From a virus (Duplodnaviria > Caudoviricetes), in IMG/VR virus record IMGVR_UViG_3300037470_000717, positions 1-52,316 of that record: a stretch of DNA of 52,316 nucleotides. One strand, written 5' to 3'. The first letter of the stretch is position 1. Each line of letters opens with the position of its first letter. The notes beneath the pieces are model-generated. The model made no database searches. It was given only the letters and a program-made list of their open reading frames with translations, and was not told the DNA's origin. The translations under genes and the position numbers were made by a program. Of the stretch, positions 1 to 8,574 are shown one piece after another.

Positions 1-185
1 CCAGTCAGGAGATATCCATACAGGCCATTCCGACCTATAGTGATATTGGTCGCAGCGCCAGTAACCAACCCAACATGAGAACCGTCATCACGTGTGATGC
101 GCTCGACATCCCATGTAACGGTAATACCATCCGACCCAAGTTTCGCCTCAATAAATTGAGCGTAAAAAGCGATGTTGTCTGTCAT
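1..185 (-). CDS. Partial (runs off window) putative virion/tail-associated protein, MTDNIAFYAQFIEAKLGSDGITVTWDVERIT...
   Basis: ATG at 185 on the minus strand, preceded by an AGGTGA RBS and just downstream of the 399-aa ORF; open to the window edge; beta-rich composition. Confidence 0.6.
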   Translation of the reverse strand, partial: MTDNIAFYAQFIEAKLGSDGITVTWDVERITRDDGSHVGLVTGAATNITIGRNGLYGYLLT

Positions 186-193
186 GATTTCAC

Positions 194-1393
194 CTAATCA
201 AATCTTTCGAGTTCTGCGATTGCTGTCGCGCCCAGAACAATGGGATATGCCAATAAATCTTCAAGAGCCCCACCGGTGCCAAGAGAACTTACTTCCCCTG
301 TGGTTTCGGTTTTGAAATTCGCCGCCGAAATGTAATTTCCAACAGTGATAAGGAAAGTTGTGGATGAAGAAGCCCGAAGTACCCAAATTGTCTCATCCCT
401 CATCTTTATTCCGATACGTCCCCCGGCACTCACTGTCCCTGATGGACTGGTGCGAGTAGTCGGCGTTCCGGCAACTACTTCCTGCAATATGCAAGAACCC
501 GTGCTACTGATTTGTAAATTCCAGTAGTTATTGGCATCCTGTACCCTGAACCGAATGTCTATAGTCCCGGAAGATGGAAGCGTTGTAACCGTGACAATAA
601 AAATGGCATCGGCTTCGTGTGTGAATCCGGTCGCGGCGCTGATTGAACCGGCTAATTCATCGGTCGCTAATCCGTTGTATGTGTCGAAGGGCGCACCTAA
701 ATCCATGATACGAAGATTCTCTATAGCTGCGTCTTTAGCCACCAAAGTACCGTTGAAAGTTATTTTGGGGTAAGCTACGGAAGCGATATTATCATAAACT
801 TCTACCCATTCCATGAGATAATCCCCCGCCAGCCCGTCTTGGCGTACTGCAAAAAAACCACCATCGGCTCTGGAAATACAGTAGAGGCGTTGATTATCCG
901 AGGATAAGGGGAGCGCACCCAGAACAAGACCGTCTACATTCTTAATTCCAATCACTCCAGCCCCAATAACAAACCCTCCCCCATCCCCTGAAACAGTAGT
1001 AAATTGATTCGTCGTCAATATCCATCCGAAAGTTGTGTTATTTATGGTTCCCGCCCCGTGTCCATAGTTATTGCCGCTCACATTACCGAAGTCTGCGGCG
1101 AGACATTTTCCAGCAGTTAATGAAAAGCCATCAGTCTCTACAATTCTGTCTCCAGCAGCAATAACGCCGACAACTGTAAGAATCTGGCTGGCGATATCCA
1201 TGCGACTATTGGTATCTAATATGGTCAGAGTGCCCGGCCCCGGTTCACAAGTCCGGGGGGTAGCTAGGGGAGCGGATTCAGGAGTTACAAACCGGTCGAG
1301 CAATACGAATTCGGCTGCTGGTGTCCCATCCACAGGGAGTGAACGGCCCAGCATATTTTTTATGGCGGCGCGTGAGGCCAACGGGGAAATCAT
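194..1393 (-). CDS. Putative virion structural / tail-associated beta-sandwich protein
   Basis: 399-aa ORF rich in G/T/S/A with beta-strand patterning; function inferred from composition only. Confidence 0.5.
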   Translation of the reverse strand: MISPLASRAAIKNMLGRSLPVDGTPAAEFVLLDRFVTPESAPLATPRTCEPGPGTLTILDTNSRMDIASQILTVVGVIAAGDRIVETDGFSLTAGKCLAADFGNVSGNNYGHGAGTINNTTFGWILTTNQFTTVSGDGGGFVIGAGVIGIKNVDGLVLGALPLSSDNQRLYCISRADGGFFAVRQDGLAGDYLMEWVEVYDNIASVAYPKITFNGTLVAKDAAIENLRIMDLGAPFDTYNGLATDELAGSISAATGFTHEADAIFIVTVTTLPSSGTIDIRFRVQDANNYWNLQISSTGSCILQEVVAGTPTTRTSPSGTVSAGGRIGIKMRDETIWVLRASSSTTFLITVGNYISAANFKTETTGEVSSLGTGGALEDLLAYPIVLGATAIAELERFD

Positions 1394-1467
1394 GTACTTA
1401 GTTTAGACTACCCCTTTATTAATCACAACAGATTAATAAGGATGGGACTAATTTCAGTTATTGTTCC

Positions 1468-1998
1468 TTAATGCCCAATGGCATCCCGTTCGCTGGTCAT
1501 GAAGTTATCAATATCTGTATGCGCCTGTAGTATTGGTACCCAGCAGGTGAGGATGTTGTGTGCATAGTCCAGCCCCCCCCCCTCAATACAGCGCCCGGCT
1601 TTGAGCGATTCATACCCACAGTTGTAAGCTGCCAGACCAAGCGTTACATCCCCATCGAAGTAATCAATGGTCTGGCTTAATATTCGAGCGCCCAGTTCGA
1701 TATTGTTATAAGGCACCAGTAGCCATTCCACGGGGGGCCTGCGGTCATTGGGGAGTATCTGCATCAGGCCAACTGACCCGTGAGCATCTGCGGATATCAG
1801 GGTGGGGTTTCCAAGGCTTTCCTTGGCAATGACCCCCAGCAGCAGGTCGGCGTCCACATTATCAAATTCAATGGCTACCTGCCGGGCTAGAGGCGCCCAT
1901 TGACCGACCACCTGCGCAGTAATGCGCTCGACGTTGGCGTCCCAGCATATTCCCCCCTGTGATAGCGCCAACAGCAGCACAATATATAGGTTATTCAT
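1468..1998 (-). CDS. Lytic transglycosylase (SLT domain), probable endolysin with N-terminal signal/anchor
   Basis: SLT motifs IAKES (catalytic Glu), GLMQI and LAAYNCG; hydrophobic N-terminus MNNLYIVLLLALS. Confidence 0.85.
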   Translation of the reverse strand: MNNLYIVLLLALSQGGICWDANVERITAQVVGQWAPLARQVAIEFDNVDADLLLGVIAKESLGNPTLISADAHGSVGLMQILPNDRRPPVEWLLVPYNNIELGARILSQTIDYFDGDVTLGLAAYNCGYESLKAGRCIEGGGLDYAHNILTCWVPILQAHTDIDNFMTSERDAIGH

Positions 1999-2151
1999 TT
2001 TCCGGCTTTATACCTGATTTGGCACCCCCTGTCCAGTAATCCTTTACCACATATTGCAATTACTGGACTACCCCGATAATCTTATAGGTTGATTTGTACC
2101 CCAAGATGATACTGGTATAATTTCTGGTATCCCCGAACATTGGAGCCGTCT

Positions 2152-2436
2152 ATGCCAAATAAGAAGCGCAGTTATCGGGCCCGTTACAAACGATTGGAGA
2201 TGTACTATGTTCATACCGTCAGACGCTATCACGAACGATATAGCAATGCCCCACTTTCCAAAGCAGACTATGCTGAAATGAACCGGCGCGCAGCCGAAGC
2301 GCCCCGGACGAAGACCACCAGTTCACGAGTATATGTCGAGTTCATGTTCCGGGGCCAGTGTATCCGCGCCATCTACAGCAACTCACAAAAACGAATAGTT
2401 ACCGTTCTCCCCCCACACCCAAAGGAAGCCCAATGA
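2152..2436 (+). CDS. Hypothetical basic protein
   Basis: ATG at 2152 after GGAG; ATGA overlap with the next gene; TGGTATAAT upstream at 2113-2121. Confidence 0.6.
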   Translation: MPNKKRSYRARYKRLEMYYVHTVRRYHERYSNAPLSKADYAEMNRRAAEAPRTKTTSSRVYVEFMFRGQCIRAIYSNSQKRIVTVLPPHPKEAQ

Positions 2437-2915
2437 ACCCGAAGCCCGTTATATTTCTCGACCTTGATGGCGTACTGAATCACGCAGAATATTGGAAGAC
2501 CTATACAGGATTGACCGTGCTTGATGCACCGTTTGACCCGGAGTGCGTTTCCCGGCTTAACCAGCTTATTCGTGACAGTGATGGGGAAGTGGTCATCACA
2601 TCCTCGTGGCGCCACTTCAAACTGGGCACCAAGCGCATCGAAGAATATATGAATAATGCGGGTTTCGCCGGGACGGTCATTGGAGAAACGCCCGTGCTGC
2701 ATGTCCCATTGCGCGGCATGGAAGTTCAGCGCTGGTTGATGGACAACCCCGGACGCCGGAAAATCGTCATTATTGACGACGGCGAGAAGTACGGATGGTT
2801 AGAACCTTATCGTGTAAAGGTCAACCCGGAAGTAGGATTACAGGCAGAGGACATAGCTGATGCCCTGCGTATCCTTAACCATCCACCCGCAGCAGGAACA
2901 TGGGGGGGGCTATGA
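2433..2915 (+). CDS. HAD-family phosphatase (Swiss-Army-Knife RNA-repair-type HAD)
   Basis: IFLDLDGVLN motif I, VVITSSWR motif II, RGMEV, IVIIDD motif IV; ATG at 2433 after AAGGA. Confidence 0.8.
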   Translation: MNPKPVIFLDLDGVLNHAEYWKTYTGLTVLDAPFDPECVSRLNQLIRDSDGEVVITSSWRHFKLGTKRIEEYMNNAGFAGTVIGETPVLHVPLRGMEVQRWLMDNPGRRKIVIIDDGEKYGWLEPYRVKVNPEVGLQAEDIADALRILNHPPAAGTWGGL

Positions 2916-2924
2916 ACTGCCTAA

Positions 2925-3362
2925 TTGAGCAACGACTTCGAGCAAGGAACATTCAAGGGACTATCTGAATTTCTGCCGGCACTGGAAACGCTGACCGTTG
3001 GGAATGGCAACGTTCTTACTCTAGTCGCCGACCTGTGGGTGGATGAATTGGACGGCACCGCCTCCAGCCTGCTGCGCGAGATGTACACCCAACTGGGGGA
3101 AGTTGATTACCTGCGTATTCGGGGGGCGTTGCTGTTTCTGCTGGGAACAGCCCTATTTCCAAACGAAGTTATCGATAAAGTTTACCCGCCTGATGAGCTT
3201 GGGGGAGGAATAATCGCGGAAAACGTACGTCTACGGACTTGGTTCATCCGACAGCTTTCCCCTACACATTGGGACGCCCAGTACATGGAAGCGGTAAGCC
3301 GGGCGCTTTTCTGGGTGTCGTGGTTTGAGAAGGTCGAAGAAGTCGCTTCTCACCGGGGATAG
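2925..3362 (+). CDS. Hypothetical protein
   Basis: 145-aa ORF filling the operon; start uncertain. Confidence 0.55.
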   Translation: MSNDFEQGTFKGLSEFLPALETLTVGNGNVLTLVADLWVDELDGTASSLLREMYTQLGEVDYLRIRGALLFLLGTALFPNEVIDKVYPPDELGGGIIAENVRLRTWFIRQLSPTHWDAQYMEAVSRALFWVSWFEKVEEVASHRG

Positions 3363-3380
3363 AGAAACCACCCACGAACG

Positions 3381-3456
3381 AATATCACGACAATATCACG
3401 ACAATATCACGACAATATCACGACAATATCACGACAATATCACGACAATATCACGA
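3381..3456. repeat. Tandem 11-bp repeat AATATCACGAC, about 7 copies
   Basis: Six perfect copies plus one 10/11 copy, read directly. Confidence 0.95.
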
Positions 3457-3474
3457 GCTATTTAGTTAAATGGG

Positions 3475-3515
3475 CTTTCCAGACACTTTCCAGACACTTT
3501 CCAGACACTTTCCAG
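3475..3515. repeat. Tandem 11-bp repeat CTTTCCAGACA, about 3.7 copies
   Basis: Three perfect copies plus CTTTCCAG, read directly. Confidence 0.95.
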
Positions 3516-3663
3516 GCGATTTTTTATGGTATTTCCAGTGATGGGTTTATAGATGGCCGAAAATAAAAAACGCCCTTGACTTTGCGGGCCAGAGCGTTTG
3601 TCGTATATAGGCTGCACCTATAACACGAATATAGATATTATAGCATACTCCCGTCAATTGAGC

Positions 3664-3723
3664 TACTTAACTAATTACTCTCTGTACTTAACGCTAATTT
3701 CCCCCTACTTAACTCTACTTAAC
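3664..3723. repeat. Four phased TACTTAAC direct repeats
   Basis: Copies start at 3664, 3685, 3706 and 3716 (spacing 21, 21, 10) in AT-rich non-coding DNA. Confidence 0.85.
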
Positions 3724-3769
3724 GATTTGGTACATTCCCGGTACCTTATCGGCATATTTCCCGTGTCTC

Positions 3770-3799
3770 TTGCAAAAACTGGCGCGTATATGCTATAAT
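3770..3799 (+). promoter_or_regulatory. Sigma70-type promoter with extended -10
   Basis: TTGCAA-18 nt-TATAAT with TGn immediately upstream of the -10; GGAGGT RBS follows. Confidence 0.65.
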
Positions 3800-3823
3800 A
3801 TCTGGCAATGATGGAGGTCAGCT

Positions 3824-3883
3824 ATGCTAAGTAAAACGGCTTGGGCCAAGTTAACCAAGCGGCAATCCCTTGAAAGGCTTTGA
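3824..3883 (+). CDS. 19-aa small ORF MLSKTAWAKLTKRQSLERL
   Basis: Strong GGAGGT RBS directly after the promoter; stop 1 nt before the next ATG. Confidence 0.4.
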   Translation: MLSKTAWAKLTKRQSLERL

Positions 3884-3884
3884 A

Positions 3885-4214
3885 ATGGCGATGAAGAAAC
3901 CCGTTTCCTATACCTCGCTTGAATGTAGTCAACTAGTTTTTGTAACGTTTTTTTTCGTTCTGTTTTGGCTGTTGGGCTTGGTGGTCGTGTTGGTGTTTTT
4001 AGCGGCGACTTTGTTTGTCGTAAGTTCCCCGGTTTTGGTCAGCATTTTTGCCATGTTGATGATATATCAAATTGCGGGGGTCAACGACTGGCTTTTTATC
4101 ATTTATGTGGCAATTGCCATTGGTGTGTCTGGTGGGTCTTTGATAGTTACGTTAAAAGAACTCGCCAAAAGAACTCGCCGAAGTGTTGGGGAAATTCTTA
4201 AGCTATGCTTATAA
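3885..4214 (+). CDS. Membrane protein (2-3 TM helices)
   Basis: Long hydrophobic stretches; start uncertain. Confidence 0.6.
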   Translation: MAMKKPVSYTSLECSQLVFVTFFFVLFWLLGLVVVLVFLAATLFVVSSPVLVSIFAMLMIYQIAGVNDWLFIIYVAIAIGVSGGSLIVTLKELAKRTRRSVGEILKLCL

Positions 4215-4246
4215 GTCAATCCAAGAGTTGTTCCAAGGATAATCAA

Positions 4247-4573
4247 ATGAAACTGAAAAAATACAACTGGAAGGGATTAATAAATCTGGTTTTGACGGTA
4301 CTGTACTTGTTAATTTTAACTATGACATTGGTGGGTGTCTTTCAAGCCCTTTGGACGGTCACGGCAATTCCCTACAGATACGCGTTCTCAATCATGATTC
4401 TTATCATCGTCCCCCACTTCATTTTTTTAGGTTTCATGACGGGTACAGTTACAAAAGCATGGCAAAAAAGCCTCCACCGGCTTCGCGCAATCCGTTTGCG
4501 CCGTCGGATGATGGCTTTGGCGAAAGACCGTGCCAAAAAGAATGCCAATGAAGACGTGGAGAGCGGAGCATGA
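4247..4573 (+). CDS. Membrane protein (2 TM helices, basic C-terminal tail)
   Basis: AAGGA RBS, two hydrophobic helices, ATGA overlap with the next gene. Confidence 0.65.
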   Translation: MKLKKYNWKGLINLVLTVLYLLILTMTLVGVFQALWTVTAIPYRYAFSIMILIIVPHFIFLGFMTGTVTKAWQKSLHRLRAIRLRRRMMALAKDRAKKNANEDVESGA

Positions 4574-5124
4574 ATCATACATTAGACCCCAAGTCTTTTG
4601 TTATTGACGCCTATATAGCGCACAAGGGCGACAGGCAGAACTTGGGGTTGCCCTTTATCGACGTTTGTGAGATAGACGGGTGCACTTTACACGCTGGCCG
4701 CGAACACCGCTTTTTATATAGTGGTACACCCGAACCCCTGACGCTTCAAACGTTCCGTCCGTACTGGTCAGATGGGAGTTGGCGCCACACCCGAACTGCC
4801 CGCTATTATCAAACGCTAGAGCAGAATGGTTGCTGGTTCATGTTATATAAACCCGGCGTTCAAACTTATGTTAGCCGTACAAGTGGCTCTCAATTCGAGC
4901 GCGGCCAACATTTGTTGGCGCGGTGGGTGGAAACTATAAACCCATACTCTGGTGAAAGAAATGAATATGTGTTTTTTGTATTGGAGTGCGAGGAATTTGG
5001 GCGGCGTTGGAAGGCAGGCCGTAGGCGCATGCTGTCTCGATTGCATGACCTGTATCTGGATGAGCTAGAGGCTGGGCGCACTCGTATTTATGTACGCGAT
5101 ACCCAAACTAGTGAAAAGGAATAA
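4570..5124 (+). CDS. Hypothetical protein
   Basis: 184-aa ORF, GGAG RBS, coupled overlap. Confidence 0.65.
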   Translation: MNHTLDPKSFVIDAYIAHKGDRQNLGLPFIDVCEIDGCTLHAGREHRFLYSGTPEPLTLQTFRPYWSDGSWRHTRTARYYQTLEQNGCWFMLYKPGVQTYVSRTSGSQFERGQHLLARWVETINPYSGERNEYVFFVLECEEFGRRWKAGRRRMLSRLHDLYLDELEAGRTRIYVRDTQTSEKE

Positions 5125-5126
5125 GA

Positions 5127-5351
5127 ATGTCAAAAAAGAATAATCTGTACTATTACTCTGGGAGCATTATGCTGAACTTGGATAAGGTCAGTAGTTTTAA
5201 AATAGAAGGGGGTGGCGAAGACAATTGTTGGGTGGCGGCGCATTTTCGTCACAGATTTACGCAAGCAATCTTTCATGGGACGAAACAAGAGTGCGAGGAA
5301 GAAATGCGTCGCATTTCTGTTGAGTTGTCTGCCCTTGGGAGTAAGGAATAA
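5127..5351 (+). CDS. Hypothetical protein
   Basis: 74-aa ORF with AAGGA RBS. Confidence 0.6.
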   Translation: MSKKNNLYYYSGSIMLNLDKVSSFKIEGGGEDNCWVAAHFRHRFTQAIFHGTKQECEEEMRRISVELSALGSKE

Positions 5352-5365
5352 CCCAAAGGGGGCAC

Positions 5366-6835
5366 TTGATGGGAACCCGAATTTTCAACGCCGACATCCT
5401 GCAATATAGCAGGGATTATCAAGGCCCCCTCTATCATGCCGCTTTGTTCGACCCGCCATACCACCTGACCAGCATCACCGACCGTTACGGCGACGATGCG
5501 GCTGCTGGGGCCAAGGACGTGGACGGCGTTTACCGGCGCGCCAGCCGGGGATTTATGGGTCAGCAGTGGGATGGGGGCGATGTGTTCTTCCAACCTGCCA
5601 CATGGCAGGCTATTTCTAATCTGTTATATCCCGGTGCCTTCATCATTGCGTACGCAGCCGCACGCAATGCCCACCGTATGGCAGTAGCAATGGAAGATGC
5701 CGGACTTATCATCCACCCAACGCTCTATGTCTGGCTGCGTGGGAAGGGATTTCCAAAAGCCACCAGCATTCACCTGCAACTAGAGAGCCGGTTATGCGAC
5801 CGGGTTCAGAAGTGCGCGACCTGTGGACACGTTCGTGCAATTGACAGCGACGGCAACACGTGCCCAGCGTGCGAAGGGTTCATCTTCCCCGCGTGGACTT
5901 ATAAGGACGACGGTGTTTTGATGGCAAAGTCGCCGCCGTTTCGTTCCCCCGAAGCGAACACATGGTATCACCATCGTTATGGGATGGCGTCGATGAAGCC
6001 CATGGCGGAACCCATTATCTTGTGCCAGAAGCCCTACTCTGGCGACAGGCCGATGGATGATATTCTCAACAGTGGTGCCGGTGCACTGAACATCGGTGCT
6101 GCGCGTATTAATGGCGACCCATGGGTGTGGGGAACCCAGACTGACATTACTGGGGGTGGCTTCGGAAGCAAGCGCCCATCGGACGGGGATGTGCACGCTG
6201 AACAGGTTGAGGGTGGTGAGGAAGGCCGCTGGCCCGGTAATTTTGTACTGGCCCACACGCCGGACTGCAAACTGTCTGGGTATCGGGAAGCTGGCAGTAT
6301 TGTCATTAACCGATTTTCGGATGGCGCGAAGCCCTTCGGGGGTGGCGCGGGGCATACGTGGGAGGGTCTGGAGAAGACTAACGTCATTCCGGTCTGGGAG
6401 TGCGTGGATAGCTGCGTAGTACGTGCCCTGAATGAACAGACCGGCGGCGCGGAAGGCGCCGCGCAATATTATTTCCAAGCTGGCTGGGCGTACGAAACAG
6501 CAGAACGATTAGAAGCAGCCTCCCCTGTCCAGTACGTTCAGCGCCCCGGTGAGAGTGAGCATAGTGCTGGCCTATCGGAACGCAATCCCCACCCCACCCT
6601 CAAACCGATTGACCTCAATCGCTGGTTGGCGTCGCTGCTCTTGCCCCCGGATGGTATCGGGGAGCGGCGTCTGCTGGTGCCTTGCGCCGGGACAGCCTCC
6701 GAGGTGATTGGTGCCCGTGTAGCGGGTTGGGATGTAGTAGATGGGGTGGAGATATCACCAGAGTATTGCAAAATTGCTGAACAACGCGTTGTCTACTGGG
6801 AGAATGCACGTTATCAACTACCCATGTTTGGGTGA
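5366..6835 (+). CDS. Amino (N6-A/N4-C) DNA methyltransferase, beta-type order, with Zn-ribbon insertion
   Basis: DPPY catalytic motif near the N-terminus, GFPKA, KPMAEPI, GRWPGN, HPTLKP and the C-terminal SAM-binding VPCAGTASE...GVEIS. Confidence 0.85.
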   Translation: MMGTRIFNADILQYSRDYQGPLYHAALFDPPYHLTSITDRYGDDAAAGAKDVDGVYRRASRGFMGQQWDGGDVFFQPATWQAISNLLYPGAFIIAYAAARNAHRMAVAMEDAGLIIHPTLYVWLRGKGFPKATSIHLQLESRLCDRVQKCATCGHVRAIDSDGNTCPACEGFIFPAWTYKDDGVLMAKSPPFRSPEANTWYHHRYGMASMKPMAEPIILCQKPYSGDRPMDDILNSGAGALNIGAARINGDPWVWGTQTDITGGGFGSKRPSDGDVHAEQVEGGEEGRWPGNFVLAHTPDCKLSGYREAGSIVINRFSDGAKPFGGGAGHTWEGLEKTNVIPVWECVDSCVVRALNEQTGGAEGAAQYYFQAGWAYETAERLEAASPVQYVQRPGESEHSAGLSERNPHPTLKPIDLNRWLASLLLPPDGIGERRLLVPCAGTASEVIGARVAGWDVVDGVEISPEYCKIAEQRVVYWENARYQLPMFG

Positions 6836-6848
6836 AAGAGAGGACGAT

Positions 6849-7202
6849 ATGTTCACGTTTCTTAAAACCATTTTGAAGGCTTTGTTTCCCCCGAAGCCGG
6901 AGCCGGAATTCCCGCATGTGCGCCGGATAATCGAATCAAAGATTTACGACACCGAAACCGCCCATCTTCTGGCGGAAAACAGGAATTTTAGCTACACCGC
7001 AGAAGGAACGCTTTGGGAGCGCCTGTATATCACACCCAATGCCAAGTATTTCACGGTAAGTGGTTGGATGGGGTGGTTCTCTGCCAGAAACGCTTCCGTT
7101 ATTCCAGTGGATTTGGATAAAGCCCGTGCTTTCTTTGAGGGTGCCAGTAAGCAATTCGTTGACTACGAGTCCGCTTTGGGCATAGAACCGGAAGAAGCCT
7201 AG
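6849..7202 (+). CDS. Conserved-looking phage hypothetical protein
   Basis: GAGGA RBS; RRIIESKIYDTETA...LYITPNAKYF pattern typical of small phage proteins. Confidence 0.6.
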   Translation: MFTFLKTILKALFPPKPEPEFPHVRRIIESKIYDTETAHLLAENRNFSYTAEGTLWERLYITPNAKYFTVSGWMGWFSARNASVIPVDLDKARAFFEGASKQFVDYESALGIEPEEA

Positions 7203-7206
7203 CTCC

Positions 7207-7743
7207 ATGGTACTCGAAGAAAGGGATGTCATTCAGGCGTTACGGCGTTTTTATGCCCTACCGGAGTGGGTGTTCGTCAACCATATCCGTACAACTACGG
7301 GGGCGATGAACGTTGCCAAGACTTTCAATCGCGGACTGGATGCCAACAGGCTTATCGACGGCATGGCGTTGAACTGTTACCCCAGCAGGGGGTTCGAGCG
7401 CATCACGTTCGAGGTCAAGGTTTCCACCAGCGACCTGATATCCGAACTGCGCAACCCGGTGAAGTTCACAAAAGCCTACCACTTGGGGCACAAGTTCTAT
7501 TTTGTGCTGTCGCCCGATGTATTGAATGATGAGGCAACCCGGCTGCTGGAGCGCGAATTGCGCGGCCCCGGTGTCATTGAGGTAAATGAAGACCTGACCC
7601 TGAAATTCCACAGTAAAATAAAGGCATTGCCTCACGAAGCATTGCCAATGTCCGAGGGGTTCATGTTGAGCATCCTACGGAAGATGGCAACCGAAGCAAC
7701 CAACGCCCGGCAACTATTATCAAATTTGAACCCGGAACTGTAG
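7207..7743 (+). CDS. PD-(D/E)xK nuclease-fold protein (MmcB-like)
   Basis: IDGMAL...FEVKVSTSDL...KFYFV pattern. Confidence 0.65.
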   Translation: MVLEERDVIQALRRFYALPEWVFVNHIRTTTGAMNVAKTFNRGLDANRLIDGMALNCYPSRGFERITFEVKVSTSDLISELRNPVKFTKAYHLGHKFYFVLSPDVLNDEATRLLERELRGPGVIEVNEDLTLKFHSKIKALPHEALPMSEGFMLSILRKMATEATNARQLLSNLNPEL

Positions 7744-7752
7744 GAGAGAACT

Positions 7753-8574
7753 ATGTGCAAACCTGACCCGAACATCCCCGTTGAAACCGTCACCTATCAC
7801 TGGACAAAGTTCGAGAACGTCCCCACCATCCTGCGAGAAGGTCTGATACGCGGTTCACGGTTGGCACGTGACCCCGAAGCCTATGACGGAGACGGAGACG
7901 GAGATGTCTGTCTGCGTGTAACGCTGCCATGCTTGGTAGACTGGGTTAAAAGCCTCCCCCCTGCGGCATGGCACGTGTGGCTGGAGGAAGGCATTGGCCC
8001 AGAAACGATTTCCATTCACATGTTCAGGATAAATGATGGCTATATCGTGCCCAAACGCGCCAAAAGTTATGCGGAAGCTGTCCGAAAAAAACGGATTGCT
8101 CATTGGCGGCGTACCCTCAACGAATTCGAGACAGGCATGTGGAAAGCCGGTGTTCTTAGCGTGAACTGTTCGGATTGCGCCACCGAATATAGCGACCCCG
8201 GCTGGGTGGATGTGTCTGTCCCTGATGATATCTGGGAGCAAATCAACCCCACCGACTTAGAGGGGGGCGGACTATTGTGTTTGACCTGCATAACGCGCCG
8301 GCTTCTACTTCTGGGGTTGGTTGATGTTCCGATGAAAATAACCTCCGGGCCCTATGAGATTGACCCGGAAGCGCCGACGTATACTGTAGCCGAACGCGCC
8401 CGGCACTTTATCGACTTTCTTGTTTGCCAGAATGTCCTGTATCCATCCTCTATGGATGTCCCATTTGAACGTGACCCATGGGAAGACCTGCTGGCGGTTT
8501 TGCAAACCGATGAGTGGCCTGACCTTGATAAGTGGACGAAATGGGAAGGACAGCAAAAGGCGGAATGGTGGTGA
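7753..8574 (+). CDS. Multi-domain hypothetical protein: N-terminal ART/Tpt1/DarT-like strand-helix and a central CxxC..CxxC domain
   Basis: YHWTKFENVPTILREGL resembles the H-x-T start of ART folds; CSDC and CLTC pairs; AGGAGA RBS. Confidence 0.45.
   Translation: MCKPDPNIPVETVTYHWTKFENVPTILREGLIRGSRLARDPEAYDGDGDGDVCLRVTLPCLVDWVKSLPPAAWHVWLEEGIGPETISIHMFRINDGYIVPKRAKSYAEAVRKKRIAHWRRTLNEFETGMWKAGVLSVNCSDCATEYSDPGWVDVSVPDDIWEQINPTDLEGGGLLCLTCITRRLLLLGLVDVPMKITSGPYEIDPEAPTYTVAERARHFIDFLVCQNVLYPSSMDVPFERDPWEDLLAVLQTDEWPDLDKWTKWEGQQKAEWW

Noticed and set aside
3381-3515. Possible CRISPR array
   Set aside because: Contiguous 11-bp tandem units with no unique spacers, and no cas genes
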